DNA from: Rhizophagus irregularis
Taxonomy: Eukaryota
Direction: 5' to 3'
Length of the DNA stretch: 64,000 nt
Assembly (NCBI RefSeq): GCF_026210795.1
Contig: NC_089430.1
Coordinates: 4,588,001 to 4,652,000 of the forward strand
Positions 26,766 to 39,422 of the stretch are shown one piece after another. Position 1 is the stretch's first letter. Each line of letters starts with the position of its first letter. The notes under the pieces were generated by a model. The model was not told where the DNA came from and did no database searches. It was given only the letters and a program-made list of their open reading frames with translations. A program made the position numbers and the translations under genes.

Positions 26766-27132
26766 CTCATTGATAAATTCAAATGTGACATTTTCTGAAT
26801 TATTTAAACTTTTTCAGAGCTACAACCATGTTTTCATTATATCGTACCCACTTTTGATTATTACTATCCCATTTATCTATACGTCCATCAATCCACCTTT
26901 TGCAATAAATTTAATATCATAAAATTTATCATAAGATATCCATTCTAATGCATTAAATGTGAAAGTATGTGCAGATAATTGAGTATCTTTAATAAACTTA
27001 TCAATATGATCATTATTACCACTAGTCCAATTTTTGAAAATATATTGCATTACACATACTGTACATCCATAGTTATCACATCTCTTATATTTATTGTTAT
27101 TACTTGATGGCTTAATTAGCTTTTTTTACCAT
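26766..27132 (-). pseudogene. Kinase exon-1 relic (N-lobe only, with deletions and frameshifts)
   Basis: Minus strand reads FKNWTSGNNDHIDKFIKDTQLSAH..LEWISYDKFYDIKFIAK/WIDGRIDKWD..VALK/SLNNSENVTFEFINE|gt. The Gly-loop is deleted and no C-lobe follows. Confidence 0.85.
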
Positions 27133-28114
27133 CAAGATTTTTTCTTTACCTACAAAATATATTAAAATTAATAAAATTATTAAATATAAAAAAGCGAAAT
27201 AAAAAAAAAAAATTTTTTTTGTAACCATCCGAGATTGGCATGACAAAATCACTTACTTTGTTACACCGAAAATAACTTTATGTTACATCCGGTAAAGGCA
27301 AAAATCAGTCAAGACCCATATGATTCTCGACAATGTTCTAACTTTAATTTTGTAATCTGGTCTACAGAAAAAATTGGATTAACGATAATAAGTTAATTAA
27401 ATTTACTATTTTTTCATTTATTTTCAATTATGAAATATCAATTAACAAGGATCCTATTTATAAAAAAATATGGTATATATTTTAATATTGGCCGGTTATG
27501 TAGAACGTCATTCAGTCACTTGACAAATAACCACGTGGCATAATACATTGTCATAGAAATCAACTTATTTTCTAAATTAGAAATTTTGCCTTGCGTAGTT
27601 AAATTTGGCCGTCGTTTCATACCATATTTTTACTTGTGTGACTTAGAATACTTGCCTAGCTTTTTTTGAAATTTATAACTAATTTTTTTAAAATTAAAAT
27701 AGAAAGTAAAAATGATTCAAAGAAAATTTAGTTAAAATTTTTTGTATTCACTATTTTTTGACCTAATGGGATTTATTACATACAAAACCTTAATTACTGA
27801 ATTGATTTTTTCAATATAAATATAGAACTTATTGTTTAGAATAAGAGTTACATACTGTACATACTATTCAGGAAAATAATAACAAAATCTATATATATAT
27901 AAAAAAATTTACGTTTATACATTTGTAAAAATTTAGGAAGAGATAATCCATTTTTTTCCCTCCACTTTTACAATTTTCACTGCTCATCCTTCACACATTT
28001 CGTAAAAGTCATTTAATTTTTCCTAACCTCCCACGAATCTGTGTATTATCAATTGTTTGATTTTAAATAAAAAATTAAAAATATTTGATGACAATAAGAA
28101 ATTGGTTATTTACC

Positions 28115-29380
28115 TTAATTTTCAGTTAGGAGGGACAGAGTAACAGGAGCGATAGGGTCGGTTCCCATGGAGTCTTCGGGAGTTGTTTTAGCTTTTTTAG
28201 TGGTTTCGTGAGGTGCAGAAAAAGAGTCAGAACGATCATTACTCAAAGAGCCACTAGAAGCCGCGAGACGTTGGGCAGTAGCTGAAGCGGAGTTTTTTGG
28301 TGGCTGACTTAATCTATCTTTACTCAACACATCATTCATTAGTCTAGTATAATTTTTGCAATCCTCTGCCACATCTTTCCATCTTTTTTCAATTTGATTA
28401 GCAACTTTATATCTTTTAATACGTGCATTTTCATTATTAAATCTCGCAAGGTTATCAATAAGATATTTAATACTTTCAATTTGTTCAGACCAAAAATCTT
28501 CTATTCTACCAATTTCTATTACAATTGAATATAAACCATCACCAACTTGATTTATTTTCTCAACCAAATTATTTCGTTCATGTTTCATGGCCACATCATT
28601 ACAAAAAATACCAGCTGATCCAGTTAAATAAACTATTATAGCAAGTAATACACGACTAGCTAATGCAGAAGCCCCGAAAAAAAACAATGTCCCAAATGTT
28701 GTATAAATAGGATGATCCTTAAGTAAATTTAATGTCTTAACCAACAACTTTCTAATTGAGGATTGTTGTACCGAATCAATTTTATGAGGAAATTCATTAA
28801 TATCATTAATATATTTTAGTAAAAAATTATGAATTTTTGTTAATTTCTCTTTCATTCCAATAGTTTCATCATCAAGAATTCTATTTAGCTCAGTTTCATC
28901 AATTTCTTTTGAATCTTCTCCTATAGTTTTATTTAATTTTTCTCTGACTTCAGTTTCGTCAGTTTCTTTTCTTATAGTTTCTCTAGATATTATATTTTTT
29001 AATTCTTTAGTTGATTCATAATTCTTTTCAGATTCTTCCAAAAGGTCCGTCAATAAATATAAATTTTCTTCATTAGTATATTGATCAGGATTTCTAAAAC
29101 ATTCAACGAAAAATAAAATATCAACTGAAAAGGTCAATAAATCATCACTAGATTTAACTGAAGCTTTAATAAATTCACGAAAAACTTCACGTTGTTCTCC
29201 AATTGCTTGATTAACAATAGTCATAATTTCACTATTATTAATCATTATATCTTCTGAACATTTTTTAAAATTTTCTTCGATAGTTTGTCCAAGATTTCTA
29301 ATATAGTTTGGTTCTATATCATTCTTTTCGAATACATCGGATTCAGTAGATAATGATGAAGTTCCGTCAATATTCGTCAT
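28115..29380 (-). CDS. Uncharacterised helical/coiled-coil protein with a central hydrophobic hairpin, 421 aa, with an inserted C-terminal extension
   Basis: Single long ORF and clear paralog of 47150-48238. Hydrophobic stretch PIYTTFGTLFFFGASALASRVLLAIIVYLTGSAGIFC. Confidence 0.85.
   Translation of the reverse strand: MTNIDGTSSLSTESDVFEKNDIEPNYIRNLGQTIEENFKKCSEDIMINNSEIMTIVNQAIGEQREVFREFIKASVKSSDDLLTFSVDILFFVECFRNPDQYTNEENLYLLTDLLEESEKNYESTKELKNIISRETIRKETDETEVREKLNKTIGEDSKEIDETELNRILDDETIGMKEKLTKIHNFLLKYINDINEFPHKIDSVQQSSIRKLLVKTLNLLKDHPIYTTFGTLFFFGASALASRVLLAIIVYLTGSAGIFCNDVAMKHERNNLVEKINQVGDGLYSIVIEIGRIEDFWSEQIESIKYLIDNLARFNNENARIKRYKVANQIEKRWKDVAEDCKNYTRLMNDVLSKDRLSQPPKNSASATAQRLAASSGSLSNDRSDSFSAPHETTKKAKTTPEDSMGTDPIAPVTLSLLTEN
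28127..28309 (-). other. 183-bp GC-richer in-frame insertion, absent from the paralog
   Basis: The paralog ends DRL-IEN*. This copy ends DRL-[61 aa]-TEN*. Confidence 0.85.
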
Positions 29381-29706
29381 TTTGGTTTTTTTTTTCCGAG
29401 AAAATTTTGAAAAAAAAAAAATACAAAATGAAATATATATTCGTCAGGACAATTGTTACAAAATTGATTTAGATCGTAAATAGTATGTACCGGTCGTACC
29501 AACAAAACCAGTTTTATTATATACGCCAACTTAATGATATGCAAGGCGTACAGAATACACAATAGACAGAAAATTTTGCATTGTTTTATTTAACTGATTT
29601 TGGTCGATAATGGATTAAAGTATTAAAATTCAAGTGATTTTTTTTTAATACATAGAATAATTAATATTATTTTTTCTTGAGAAAAAGAAATTGCACATTC
29701 GTATGA

Positions 29707-29917
29707 CAGGACCCAGAAATATATATATAGGGGTCAGGTGATGAAAAAATTTTTTTACTATGAGCATTTTTTCAGGGCCAGAATTATGATAATGTAAGTC
29801 GCTTACTATAATAGGAAATAAAACTTTGACTGGCATTATCAAAAATTTAATAAAAAAGGAAAGATTTTCATGATTTTTTTAGTTCAAAATAAACCTGACC
29901 CTATTTCTGGGTCCTTG
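29707..29917. mobile_element. CAGGACCC-TIR MITE (inverted relative to the 21943 copy)
   Basis: CAGGACCCAGAAATA...TATTTCTGGGTCCTTG. Internal sequence is the reverse complement of 21943-22162. Confidence 0.8.
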
Positions 29918-31800
29918 TACGACTTTTTTTTTTACATTAAGAAACCGCTAAACTTTTTTATTATTAAAATTCAATATTCATTTTCAGTCAAATGAAGTTA
30001 ATAAATCGCCAAAATTGTTCGATCAACACTGACAACGTAATGTAATAATGGCACGTAATAATTCGTGCTCCAAATTTCAACAAATTTATTAAAAAAGGAA
30101 AATTGGTTTTAAAAAAAAAATTATTATTTTTTAACTATTTTTTGAATTTTTACCAATTACTAAAAATTTTTCATAGTTAGAAATTTTTTATTATTTATTT
30201 GATACATATGAAATCTCAACTCCTTTATCACAAATGAAAGTTCCATGGTTAAAGTTAATACTCAACAAACTGAAGATAATGCATTATCTCAACTCTTTAT
30301 TATACATGAATGTTCAATAGCTCAAAATAATATTTACATATCGAAATAATGCATTATCTTTATTCAAATGTAATATCTAGATTATATTCCAGCTTAAAAA
30401 ATCACAATCATTCTTTTAATTACTCCCGTAAGATGGCAAGATATGTATTCAGTTTTTATTTCTTTCATGAAATAGCTTTATTACATTATCAATCTTCAAA
30501 ATTTTTGATTAATAATATTTAGTTTTTCATTGTTAGAATTTCTGGATTGGAAAATATATATTAATAATTTATTCATTTATCTTTTAATTACTTGAGATAT
30601 TTCATAATATTCTAATTTACTGGAATTCAATAATATTATCCACTATTATAATAATTCCAATTATTAGAATAAAGACAATATAAATTACCCATATTAGGAT
30701 CTTACAATAAACAGCATGTCATGTATAATTAACATAACCTAATTTTGTAGTAGAGATATTTTTACCATCTATAAAATTAAATAAAAAAAATGTATGTAGT
30801 ATATTTATTTCCAACCACAATTTATATAGTACTCCAATCAAGTAAATTAAATCCTCCAATTAATTGTGATGAACCTTGAATTTTTGCTATTCAAATAGTA
30901 GCTCTCTTGCTTATTATCACAATTCATAACTTCTATGAAATGATTATTAAATTCATCCTTACTTGAATGATATAATAACATAAAATTATAAGGAAATTAT
31001 ATTATGAAGAATCTTTTTTACCAATCCATGAAGAAAAAAGAGGATTAAAGTTTGAAGATATGCCAAAAGATTATGAATTAAATCTTGTGGTAACCTATAG
31101 GATCAATATTATAAAATCTAATTAAAGGAATAAATAAATCTATGTAATAATTTTACAATTTTTTAATATCTTTTTAATCCTAGTTTATTAGGATCATTAT
31201 TAATATTTCATATCAAGCAAAACATCAGTTTTTAAGTCGCTACAATATCTTTCATTTCAAGTTGAAATTTTCTTAACCATGATTTCAGGCATAAAATGAA
31301 AATTATCTAGTTCCCTTTACTATTACTTAGTAAGGACACGTTATAAACGCGTAACTTATCAATATTAAATATTTTACGTTAAATAATGTTGTAACGCGAT
31401 TTTTACTGCGCCTTTTATAAATTTATGGTGGGAGTATAAAAAATGTACTCATTATATTGATCATATTGATCATATGATCATGCATAAAATTTATTATTTT
31501 CTAGACCAATTTAACTTATTAAAATTAAAATTCCGAAATTTCAATGTAAGATGATCATGATTAAATTGAAACCATAATAGGCGCAAAATATTTCGGAGTA
31601 TTAACAATAGATAATAGGTTGTGGCTTTTAATTATGTATTACTTAATCATGATGAGTCATGTTTACATCCACAAGATTTTTATTTATATGGAAAGCTTGT
31701 GCAACAAAAAATAATATTTATACAGTCCTTTTTCTTTTTTATCTCTTTTTTCATGAATAAATAATATTTTTTCTAATATTATTTCAATATTTTTTTAGTA

Positions 31801-31890
31801 TCGTTTTCCCTATCCCTCCTTTCCTTTCGTTTTCCCCTTTCCCCTTTTCTCCTTCATTTTCCCCTTTTCCTTTCGTTTTCCCCTTTCTCT
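31801..31890. repeat. CT-rich low-complexity repeat (TCGTTTTCCCCTTTCC-like units)
   Basis: Visible pyrimidine tract with three TCGTTTTCCC units. Confidence 0.7.
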
Positions 31891-32497
31891 AATCAGACAA
31901 AAAGATCTGCGCTAATGACTTTGGAGTGGTTTCTTGTCTTCTCCACATTTTCCTTCTCAAGAGTTGAAATTTTTGGCTCATTATACTTCGATATTTAAGG
32001 AATTTTAGAAGTATGAAAAGAATAGAAAGGTGAGAACTGTTAGACTAGACTAGCCTACTTAAGTGAAGTCAACCAATGGACCTGGTCATTAAAATAGAAC
32101 AAGTGGATGCAATGATAAGGGAGTTACGGCAACTCTATTGAGCTGGGATTTCAATCAATAAAAATGTGTATCTAACGCGTTTTTATATATAATAAAATGT
32201 CATACAACTTGTTATATTATTTATGATATGTTATATTACATATGAAATGTCATGACTCATGAGTAACTGAATCTTTTTTTTTTCGTCAGGTCTATAAATC
32301 TATAATGGATACTGTCTCACGTCTATTTTAATGATGTCTGAGAGAAGTTCGTGGTGCGAAGCAATAACCTATTGCTGTGTCTTTGTCAGATCACTTGATG
32401 AATCATGAGACTAGGTGCAGTATACATCTTCTTTGTGTTACTAGCCTTAACACTAGACAACAGACGAAAGCTCTCTGAATGGAGAATTACCCAGTTT

Positions 32498-34470
32498 TCT
32501 AGATGAGTGCAAAGTGGTTCAGGAGACTTTAAAAGAGGTGTGTTTTTTTATTTTGCAGAGTGAGTGTTTGCTTGTGTTGGTGAACGGTGGTGGTGGGTAA
32601 CTAAGAATTACCTGCTTTTTGTTTTAATTTTTTTTATTTTATTTTATTTTATTTTTTTTATTTTTTTATTTTTTTTAATTACTTATTCACTAAATAACCA
32701 ACTCAAGCAACATCTTAACTTTGTTATTGGTAAAGTCTGCTAATTCTAGAGAAGGAATTAGCTATGTCTTCTTTACCATTAAATAAAAATTTGCACATTA
32801 TTAATAATTTCTTCTTTCTAATAATAGGTAAATGTAGAGATATACAATCACTGACTTCAATTTTTTATTCTAAATGAGTGCAAAATGATTCAGGAGACTT
32901 TAAAAGAGGTGTGTTTTTTTATTTTGCAGAGTGAGTGTTTGCTTGTGTTGGTGAACGGTGGTGGTGGGTAACTAAGAATTACCTGCTTTTTGTTTTAATT
33001 TTTTTTATTTTATTTTATTTTATTTTTTTTATTTTTTTATTTTTTTTTTAATTACTTATTCACTAAATAACCAACTCAAGCAACATCTTAACTTTGTTAT
33101 TGGTAAAGTCTGCTAATTCTAGAGAAGGAATTAGCTATGTCTTCTTTACCATTAAATAAAAATTTGCACATTATTAATAATTTCTTCTTTCTAATAATAG
33201 GTAAATGTAGAGATATACAATCACTGACTTCAATTTTTTATTCTAAATGAGTGCAAAATGATTCAGGAGACTTTAAAGAGGTGTGTTTTTTTATTTTGCA
33301 GAGTGAGTGTTTGCTTGTGTTGGTGAACAGTGGTGGTGGGTAACTGAAAATTACCTGCTTTTTGTTTAATTTTTTTTATTTTATTTTATTTTATTTTTAT
33401 TTTTGTTTTTATTTTTATTTTTTTAATTACTTATTCACTAAATAACCAACTAAAGCAACATCTTAACTTTGTTATTGGTAAAGTCTGCTAATTCTAGAGA
33501 AGGAATTAGCTATGTCTTCTTTACCATTAAATAAAAATTTGCACATTATTAATAATTTCTTCTTTCTCATAATAGGTAAATGCAGAGATTTACAATCACT
33601 GACTTCAATTTTGTATTCTATGAGTGCAAAGTGGTTCAGAAGACTTTAAAAGAGGTGTGTTTTTTTTATTTGCAGAGTGAGTGTTTGCTTGGGTTGGTGA
33701 ATGGTGGTGGTGGGTAACTGAGAATTACCTGCTTTTTGTTTAATTTATTTTATTTTATTTTATTTTTTATTTTTTTTTAATTACTTATTCACTTAATAAC
33801 CAACTCAAGCAATATCTTAACTTTGTTATTGGTAAAGTCTGCTAATTCTAGAGAAGGAATTAGCTATGTCTTCTTTACTATTAAATAAAAATTTACACAT
33901 TATTAATAATTTCTTCTTTCTCATAATAGGTAAATTTTGTAGAGACTTACAATCACTGACTTCAATTTTGTATTCTAAATGAGTGCAAAGTGCTTCAGGA
34001 GACTTTAAAAGAGGTGTGTTTTTTTTATTTTGCAGAGTGAGTGTTTGCTTGGGTTGGTGAATGGTGATGGTGGGTAACTGAGAATTACCTGCTTTTTGTT
34101 TAATTTTTTTATTTTATTTTATTTTTTAGTATTTTTTATTTTTTATTTTTTATTTTTTAATTACTTATTCACTTAATAACCAACTCAAGCAATATCTTAA
34201 CTTTGTTATTGGTTAAGTCTGCTAATTCTAGAGAAGGAATTAGCTATGTCTTCTTTACCATTAAATAAAAATTTGCACATTATTAATAATTTCTTCTTTC
34301 TCATAATAGGTATGCAGAGATTTACAATCACTGACTTCAATTTTGTATTCTAGATGAGTGCAAAGTGGTTCAGGACGGAGACTTTAAAAGAGGTGTGTTT
34401 TTTTTATTTTGCAGAGTGAGTGTTTGCTTGGGCTGGTGAACAGTGGAGAATTACCTGCTTTTTGTTTTAA
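32498..34470. repeat. Tandem array, ~372-bp unit x ~5.3
   Basis: The ATGAGTGCAAA anchor recurs at 32503, 32874, 33247, 33620, 33979 and 34354. Confidence 0.97.
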
Positions 34471-35105
34471 TTAAAAAATATATTGTTTTTATTTATGACC
34501 TAGATGGGTGACATAATCTAAAATGCAAACCAAAATGGCCTTATCTATATTAACCAGATTGGCTATTCTAAAAAATAAATTTTCACTGAAATTTTTCCTA
34601 TTTTGAGCGTTTTAAACTATGGTAAAAATAACATGATTCACTTTTAAAAGAAATTGTAGGGCAATGCGCAGGAAATACAAAATAGGAAAAACAAGTTTTT
34701 TATACTACGTTAAGATGAGAGTTTAATCAATGCAAGGTGCATGAATTCGATATGAGAAAATATTTTTTGATTTTTTTAGAATATTAATTAATGTAAGAAG
34801 TTTTTTTATTAAGTTAAAGTTTTCTAAAGTAATATGATGAGAGTGAATTTTCTTATTATTTTTCTTATAAAAAAAATTTTTTCATTTTAAATCAGTTTTA
34901 TTTCGATAATTTTGATAATAAAATAAAGGAGATTGCAATTTAACATGGGAAACAAACCTATTTTGGATTTTTTTTTAGAAGCATGATTTATTTATTATTT
35001 TTATTTGTTATTTGCGTAACATGCGTTAAAAAATTTTTTTATTATTTTTTTTTTATGATTTATTAAAAATATATAAAAGCCATCGATTCACAAGAGGGTG
35101 AGCAT

Positions 35106-35170
35106 TATACTCTTAGATTTAGGATTCATTATTCATATTCTAAATCCAATAATCTAAATCTAAGAGTATA
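35106..35170. repeat. 65-bp hairpin / mini-MITE with perfect 17-bp arms
   Basis: TATACTCTTAGATTTAG ... CTAAATCTAAGAGTATA. Confidence 0.7.
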
Positions 35171-35484
35171 CATTGCAATGTTTTGATGATCGTTTACCTG
35201 GAAGTTTATGGTCACTTTATTTTAAAAAGCATAAAAAAAAATTGCAATACAATTTTTGTACAATAGGAAAAAGTTAGATAAAATAAATTAATGATGATCA
35301 TAATGATCATATGAAGTGGTCGTGTAGTGAAACATGTAAAATTAAAAGAACAATAAACAATTATTAATTTTTTAACCTTCGATATTAAGTATTTTATTAT
35401 ATTAATAAATATATTTTAATTATTTGAAATACTTCATATACAATATCTTCTATTATATAAGAGGGTGACATAATTTCCTGATGA

Positions 35485-35667
35485 CCCTATAAAAAATTTT
35501 GTCCGTTATTTCTGCAAACTTCGTAAAAATGAGATTTTCACGGATCCATTAACGGAAAATGAAAATAATTCAAAAAATTCCGTGATATAAGGTTATTAAT
35601 TCCGGACATATAAGTATTTTACGGAAAAAAGATGGAATATAAAAACGGATCGACTTTTTTTACAGGG
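35485..35667. mobile_element. CCCTATAAAAAA...TTTTTTACAGGG MITE (CMC-like), same family as 7225-7377
   Basis: TIRs plus shared internal TCCGTTATTTCTG, ACGGATCCATT and AAAAACGGATCGAC. Confidence 0.75.
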
Positions 35668-36732
35668 GGAGGAGGAATCAAGTCTAGGATGCATTTTTAG
35701 TAATAATAAAATATAATTAGATGATGATGACAGGGTGAGGGGAGAGGTTCTAAAACTTCAACCCCTAAATGATATCGTTTCTGGCCCTCCCCTAATTTGT
35801 TTTTCTTCTACTTTAACCACAAAATTAAAAAGGTATTGAAGAAATTTAATTTTTAATTAATACTCTAAATAATATCGATAAGAAATTCGGATTATCCTAA
35901 CAATTTAATATGGTACTTGCAAATCTTGCAAATAAATACCTCAGGTGGGATAGACAAAATGAATCACAATTATTACGATATTTTATAATTCATTAATAAA
36001 ATTGTCTGTCATAATTCTTTTTTTAATTACTAAATAAGATCAGGTCTGATAATTAATAAATCATATATTTAACACATACCTAACTGCACTACCTAAAAAA
36101 AAATATCAAATACTCAAATTTTGTAAATTATCTACATACGGTACATAAAAATGCTCGTTATAATTAATGATATTTAGAAACGAATTACGGATGTAATTTT
36201 CAGTCAAACCTACTGTACATACTGATGTACATGCATAACAATAGATTTAGAGTATAATTTGCCCGCCCTACAAAGCAAAATATTTTAGCTAAAAAGAAAT
36301 AAAAAAAGAAATAACGCAATTCTGCAGATCATTCGGGAGTTATGATGGCTAGTGATCTCATGTGAAATTTTATTTTAACAGAACATGATCTCCATCAAAA
36401 TGAATCCAATTTTTAAGAATACGTAAATTTGAATGAAAATGTAATAAATATAAATAATAAGATTTATACTAGATAGAAGTTTATTGATTTTAAATATATA
36501 AAATTGGTTGAAAAAATTCTTACCTGGGGTAAAGGCGTAAAGCTCCTTATTAAACTAATATTTGGTAACATATGTCACCTAACCGAATTTGTAGTTTTTA
36601 TAATAAAAAAAAATCGTACAAATCATTTACGATTTATTATTAAGAGTTATAAATAATCGTCGTAATCATTTCCCCCAATTTGAAACCTTTTCTTTTTTTT
36701 AAAAAAAAATTAAACCTTAAGAATTTTTTAAA

Positions 36733-37956
36733 ATGGGTAAAAATATCGTCGTATTGTGTGACGGCACTTGGAATAGTAAAAATTCAAGAACTAACGTTTA
36801 TGCGTTATACAGAGAATTAATACTTGGGCAACAACATGTCAGGTACATAAATGGAGTCGGAATTGGAGAATCGGCCTTGGGTTTTATAATCGATGGTGCT
36901 GTAGCTCTAAGCCTTGATACTAAAATAAAAGAGGGTTATAAATATATAGTTGAACACTATAAACCTGGTGACGATATATGGCTTTTTGGTTTTAGTCGTG
37001 GTGCCTATACTGTGAGATGTATTGCTGGAATGATAAGAAATTGTGGAATAATAAAAGTAGATCGAGATATCACATCCGAGCAAGTTGACGAACGTGTTGA
37101 TCGTGCTTATCATAACTACCGTAATAGAGATAAGATTTACCACCCGGAAGGAACTGGATCTGACGAATTCAAAAAAAAATTCAGTTATCCTGACTCTGAA
37201 AAACCAGTCATTAAATTTCTTGGACTTTGGGAAACTGTTGGTGCTCATGGTTTACCTGTATATGTAGTTGGCGAAGGTTTCAAATATTTAGAATTTTACG
37301 ATCAAGTCGTACCCAATATAGTTAATTTTGCGTGTCAAGCTTTGGCTATTCACGAAAGAACTTCTTTTTTTGAACCTTGTCATATATATCCAAATAGTTC
37401 CGGTACCGTAACTGTCAAAGAGACTTGGTTTCCTGGTATACATAGTGAAATATGTGGTGGAACTTATTTATCATTTGGAGGTAACGAAAGAATATCAAAA
37501 GCAACTATGCTATGGATGATAGAACATATTGTACAAATTGGAGGTTTGTTAATGCGAGATGATCTTGAGGGTTATCGTACTCGATTCTCTCCATATTACG
37601 GACCTTCTTGGAACCTTAAAAATTTAATATTCGATAATGGCAACGCTCTTATCCCAATGCTGCTTAAAGACAGGACTATTCCTTTAGAATTAGATCCTAT
37701 TAGTAAAAAGTTTTTAAGAAAAGATTTACTTTATAGAGATAGTGACTGGTTACTTCTATTTGGTACTAGGACCAATCTGCATACTCATTATGGTTCGAAT
37801 ACGTATGAAGAGTTGCGTAAAATTATGGAAACGAAGAGAATCATGCTATATAACAATATAATATACGACAAGGTTGCAAACGAAAAGAGCGAAAATATAT
37901 TTGAGTGGCTCGTTTATAATATAACATCACTTAGGATTATGAGTTATTTTTATTAG
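36733..37956 (+). CDS. DUF2235 / T6SS Tle1-like alpha/beta-hydrolase (putative phospholipase), copy 1, intronless
   Basis: KNIVVLCDGTWN, GFSRGAYTVR nucleophile elbow, GLWETVG, ALAIHE.R, WFPGIHSE. Confidence 0.9.
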   Translation: MGKNIVVLCDGTWNSKNSRTNVYALYRELILGQQHVRYINGVGIGESALGFIIDGAVALSLDTKIKEGYKYIVEHYKPGDDIWLFGFSRGAYTVRCIAGMIRNCGIIKVDRDITSEQVDERVDRAYHNYRNRDKIYHPEGTGSDEFKKKFSYPDSEKPVIKFLGLWETVGAHGLPVYVVGEGFKYLEFYDQVVPNIVNFACQALAIHERTSFFEPCHIYPNSSGTVTVKETWFPGIHSEICGGTYLSFGGNERISKATMLWMIEHIVQIGGLLMRDDLEGYRTRFSPYYGPSWNLKNLIFDNGNALIPMLLKDRTIPLELDPISKKFLRKDLLYRDSDWLLLFGTRTNLHTHYGSNTYEELRKIMETKRIMLYNNIIYDKVANEKSENIFEWLVYNITSLRIMSYFY

Positions 37957-37988
37957 TTTAGTAATTATAGAAAAAAATAATTTAGAAT

Positions 37989-38318
37989 TAAAGCTTGGAA
38001 CCGGTTAATGTTAACCAGTAAAGACATCTATTAACCGGTTAATTTATTCGGTAAAAATACAGACGAGATTATGGTCATTTACAAGTATAATATTATAGTA
38101 TTATGGTAAAATTGTTAACAAAAAAAGGCTATTTATATAATTTATGTTTTACACTTTAAATGTTAAAAAATATATATTAACTAAAAACTGGTGCTTGATT
38201 CTTGCTGGAATTAAAGATTTAAAATTTGCGTAATGTATTTAACTCCGGTCAAATTTTAATGCCGGCCAGAATTAAGTTTTAACCGCCCGGACAAGATTTT
38301 TGAACATTCCAAGCTTTA
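37989..38318. mobile_element. hAT-like MITE (330 bp)
   Basis: 12-bp TIR TAAAGCTTGGAA/TTCCAAGCTTTA. 8-bp flanks TTTAGAAT / TATAGAAT (7/8 match). Confidence 0.75.
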
Positions 38319-39422
38319 TATAGAATTTATTTTATTTATTTATTTATTTTTTTTGAAATAAATTTCTTATTTTACTTACAGTATATGATATGTTTGACTA
38401 TAAAATTTAACGTGCAGTTTAAGATAACTAGCCCTTATTATTTATGGTACAGTGATTTATACTCTAGTCATTTTACACTATTTCGTTCGTTATTATGGTT
38501 AAAATACAGTTATTCATATTACAAAATATATAAATCTTTGTGTACCAAATCGTTTTTCCTGATGGTTCATGTTTTGTTTTAAACTCTTGAAATGAAGTCA
38601 ACAATGTAATTTCTCTTTGGTGTATCTTAATGTTGCAGGTAACAGATCTTCGTGCTTTGGTTAAAAAAGTGGCGTTTCCGGATAAGTTATTAATTTTCGA
38701 TAGGATGTTAGAAGGGAAAGTCAGGTACTATATTTTGTGTATTGATATATTTGAGTATTCAAAAGGAAGTTGATCTTAGTTGTACGTAAGTCGTTGATAG
38801 AAGGAAAAAGCTATTGCGAATCACATTATGGAACATATTTCTAATTTTCTCGTGAAATTAACAAAGCATGATCAAGTTATGTTCAAGAATTTGATCGAGA
38901 AACGTACACTAAAATTTTGACATTATTATTAAATCTTTATTTTATTTATGTCTTTTTTATTAGGGAAATAGTAAATTTAAACTGAATGATTAATTTCGAT
39001 TGGAACTATTTTAACGGTTAAAAATAACGGTCAATATATATTAGAGACTTTAATATTTTAGTGTTTACTATATGTTCACATACTGTACGTCACGAAATTG
39101 CGTGTTTAACTGTTAACACTGCGTTCGCTTTGCGTGTGAATATTACGAAAAAATTTGGGAAACGTTATGCCATTTTGAAAAAACAATAATAAACATGAAT
39201 TTAGCAACACTTAACAACACTTACTAATATAGATGATGTGGCGTCAATGCCGTTTTGCGTCAGCTGACAGCTGACGTTACATCAGATGACGGCTGGCCTA
39301 GTAATGCTGGCCTGGCCAACCCAGGCATTATAATATTGGGCAATATTGGGCTAATTATGTAGGCCGACGTTATCTGAACAATATAGATATAGGAAAAAGT
39401 TAATTTCCTTAAATAGTTATAA

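Noticed and set aside
30380..31080. Possible decayed F-box/LRR-type gene
   Set aside because: Only vague peptide fragments with many stops. Cannot be supported without alignment.
32498..34470. CRISPR array or hammerhead retrozyme
   Set aside because: Units repeat in full with no unique spacers, the context is eukaryotic, and I found no CTGANGA/GAAA core on either strand.
36517..36600. U1 snRNA (CTTACCTGG)
   Set aside because: No U1-70K or U1A loop motifs and no downstream stems.
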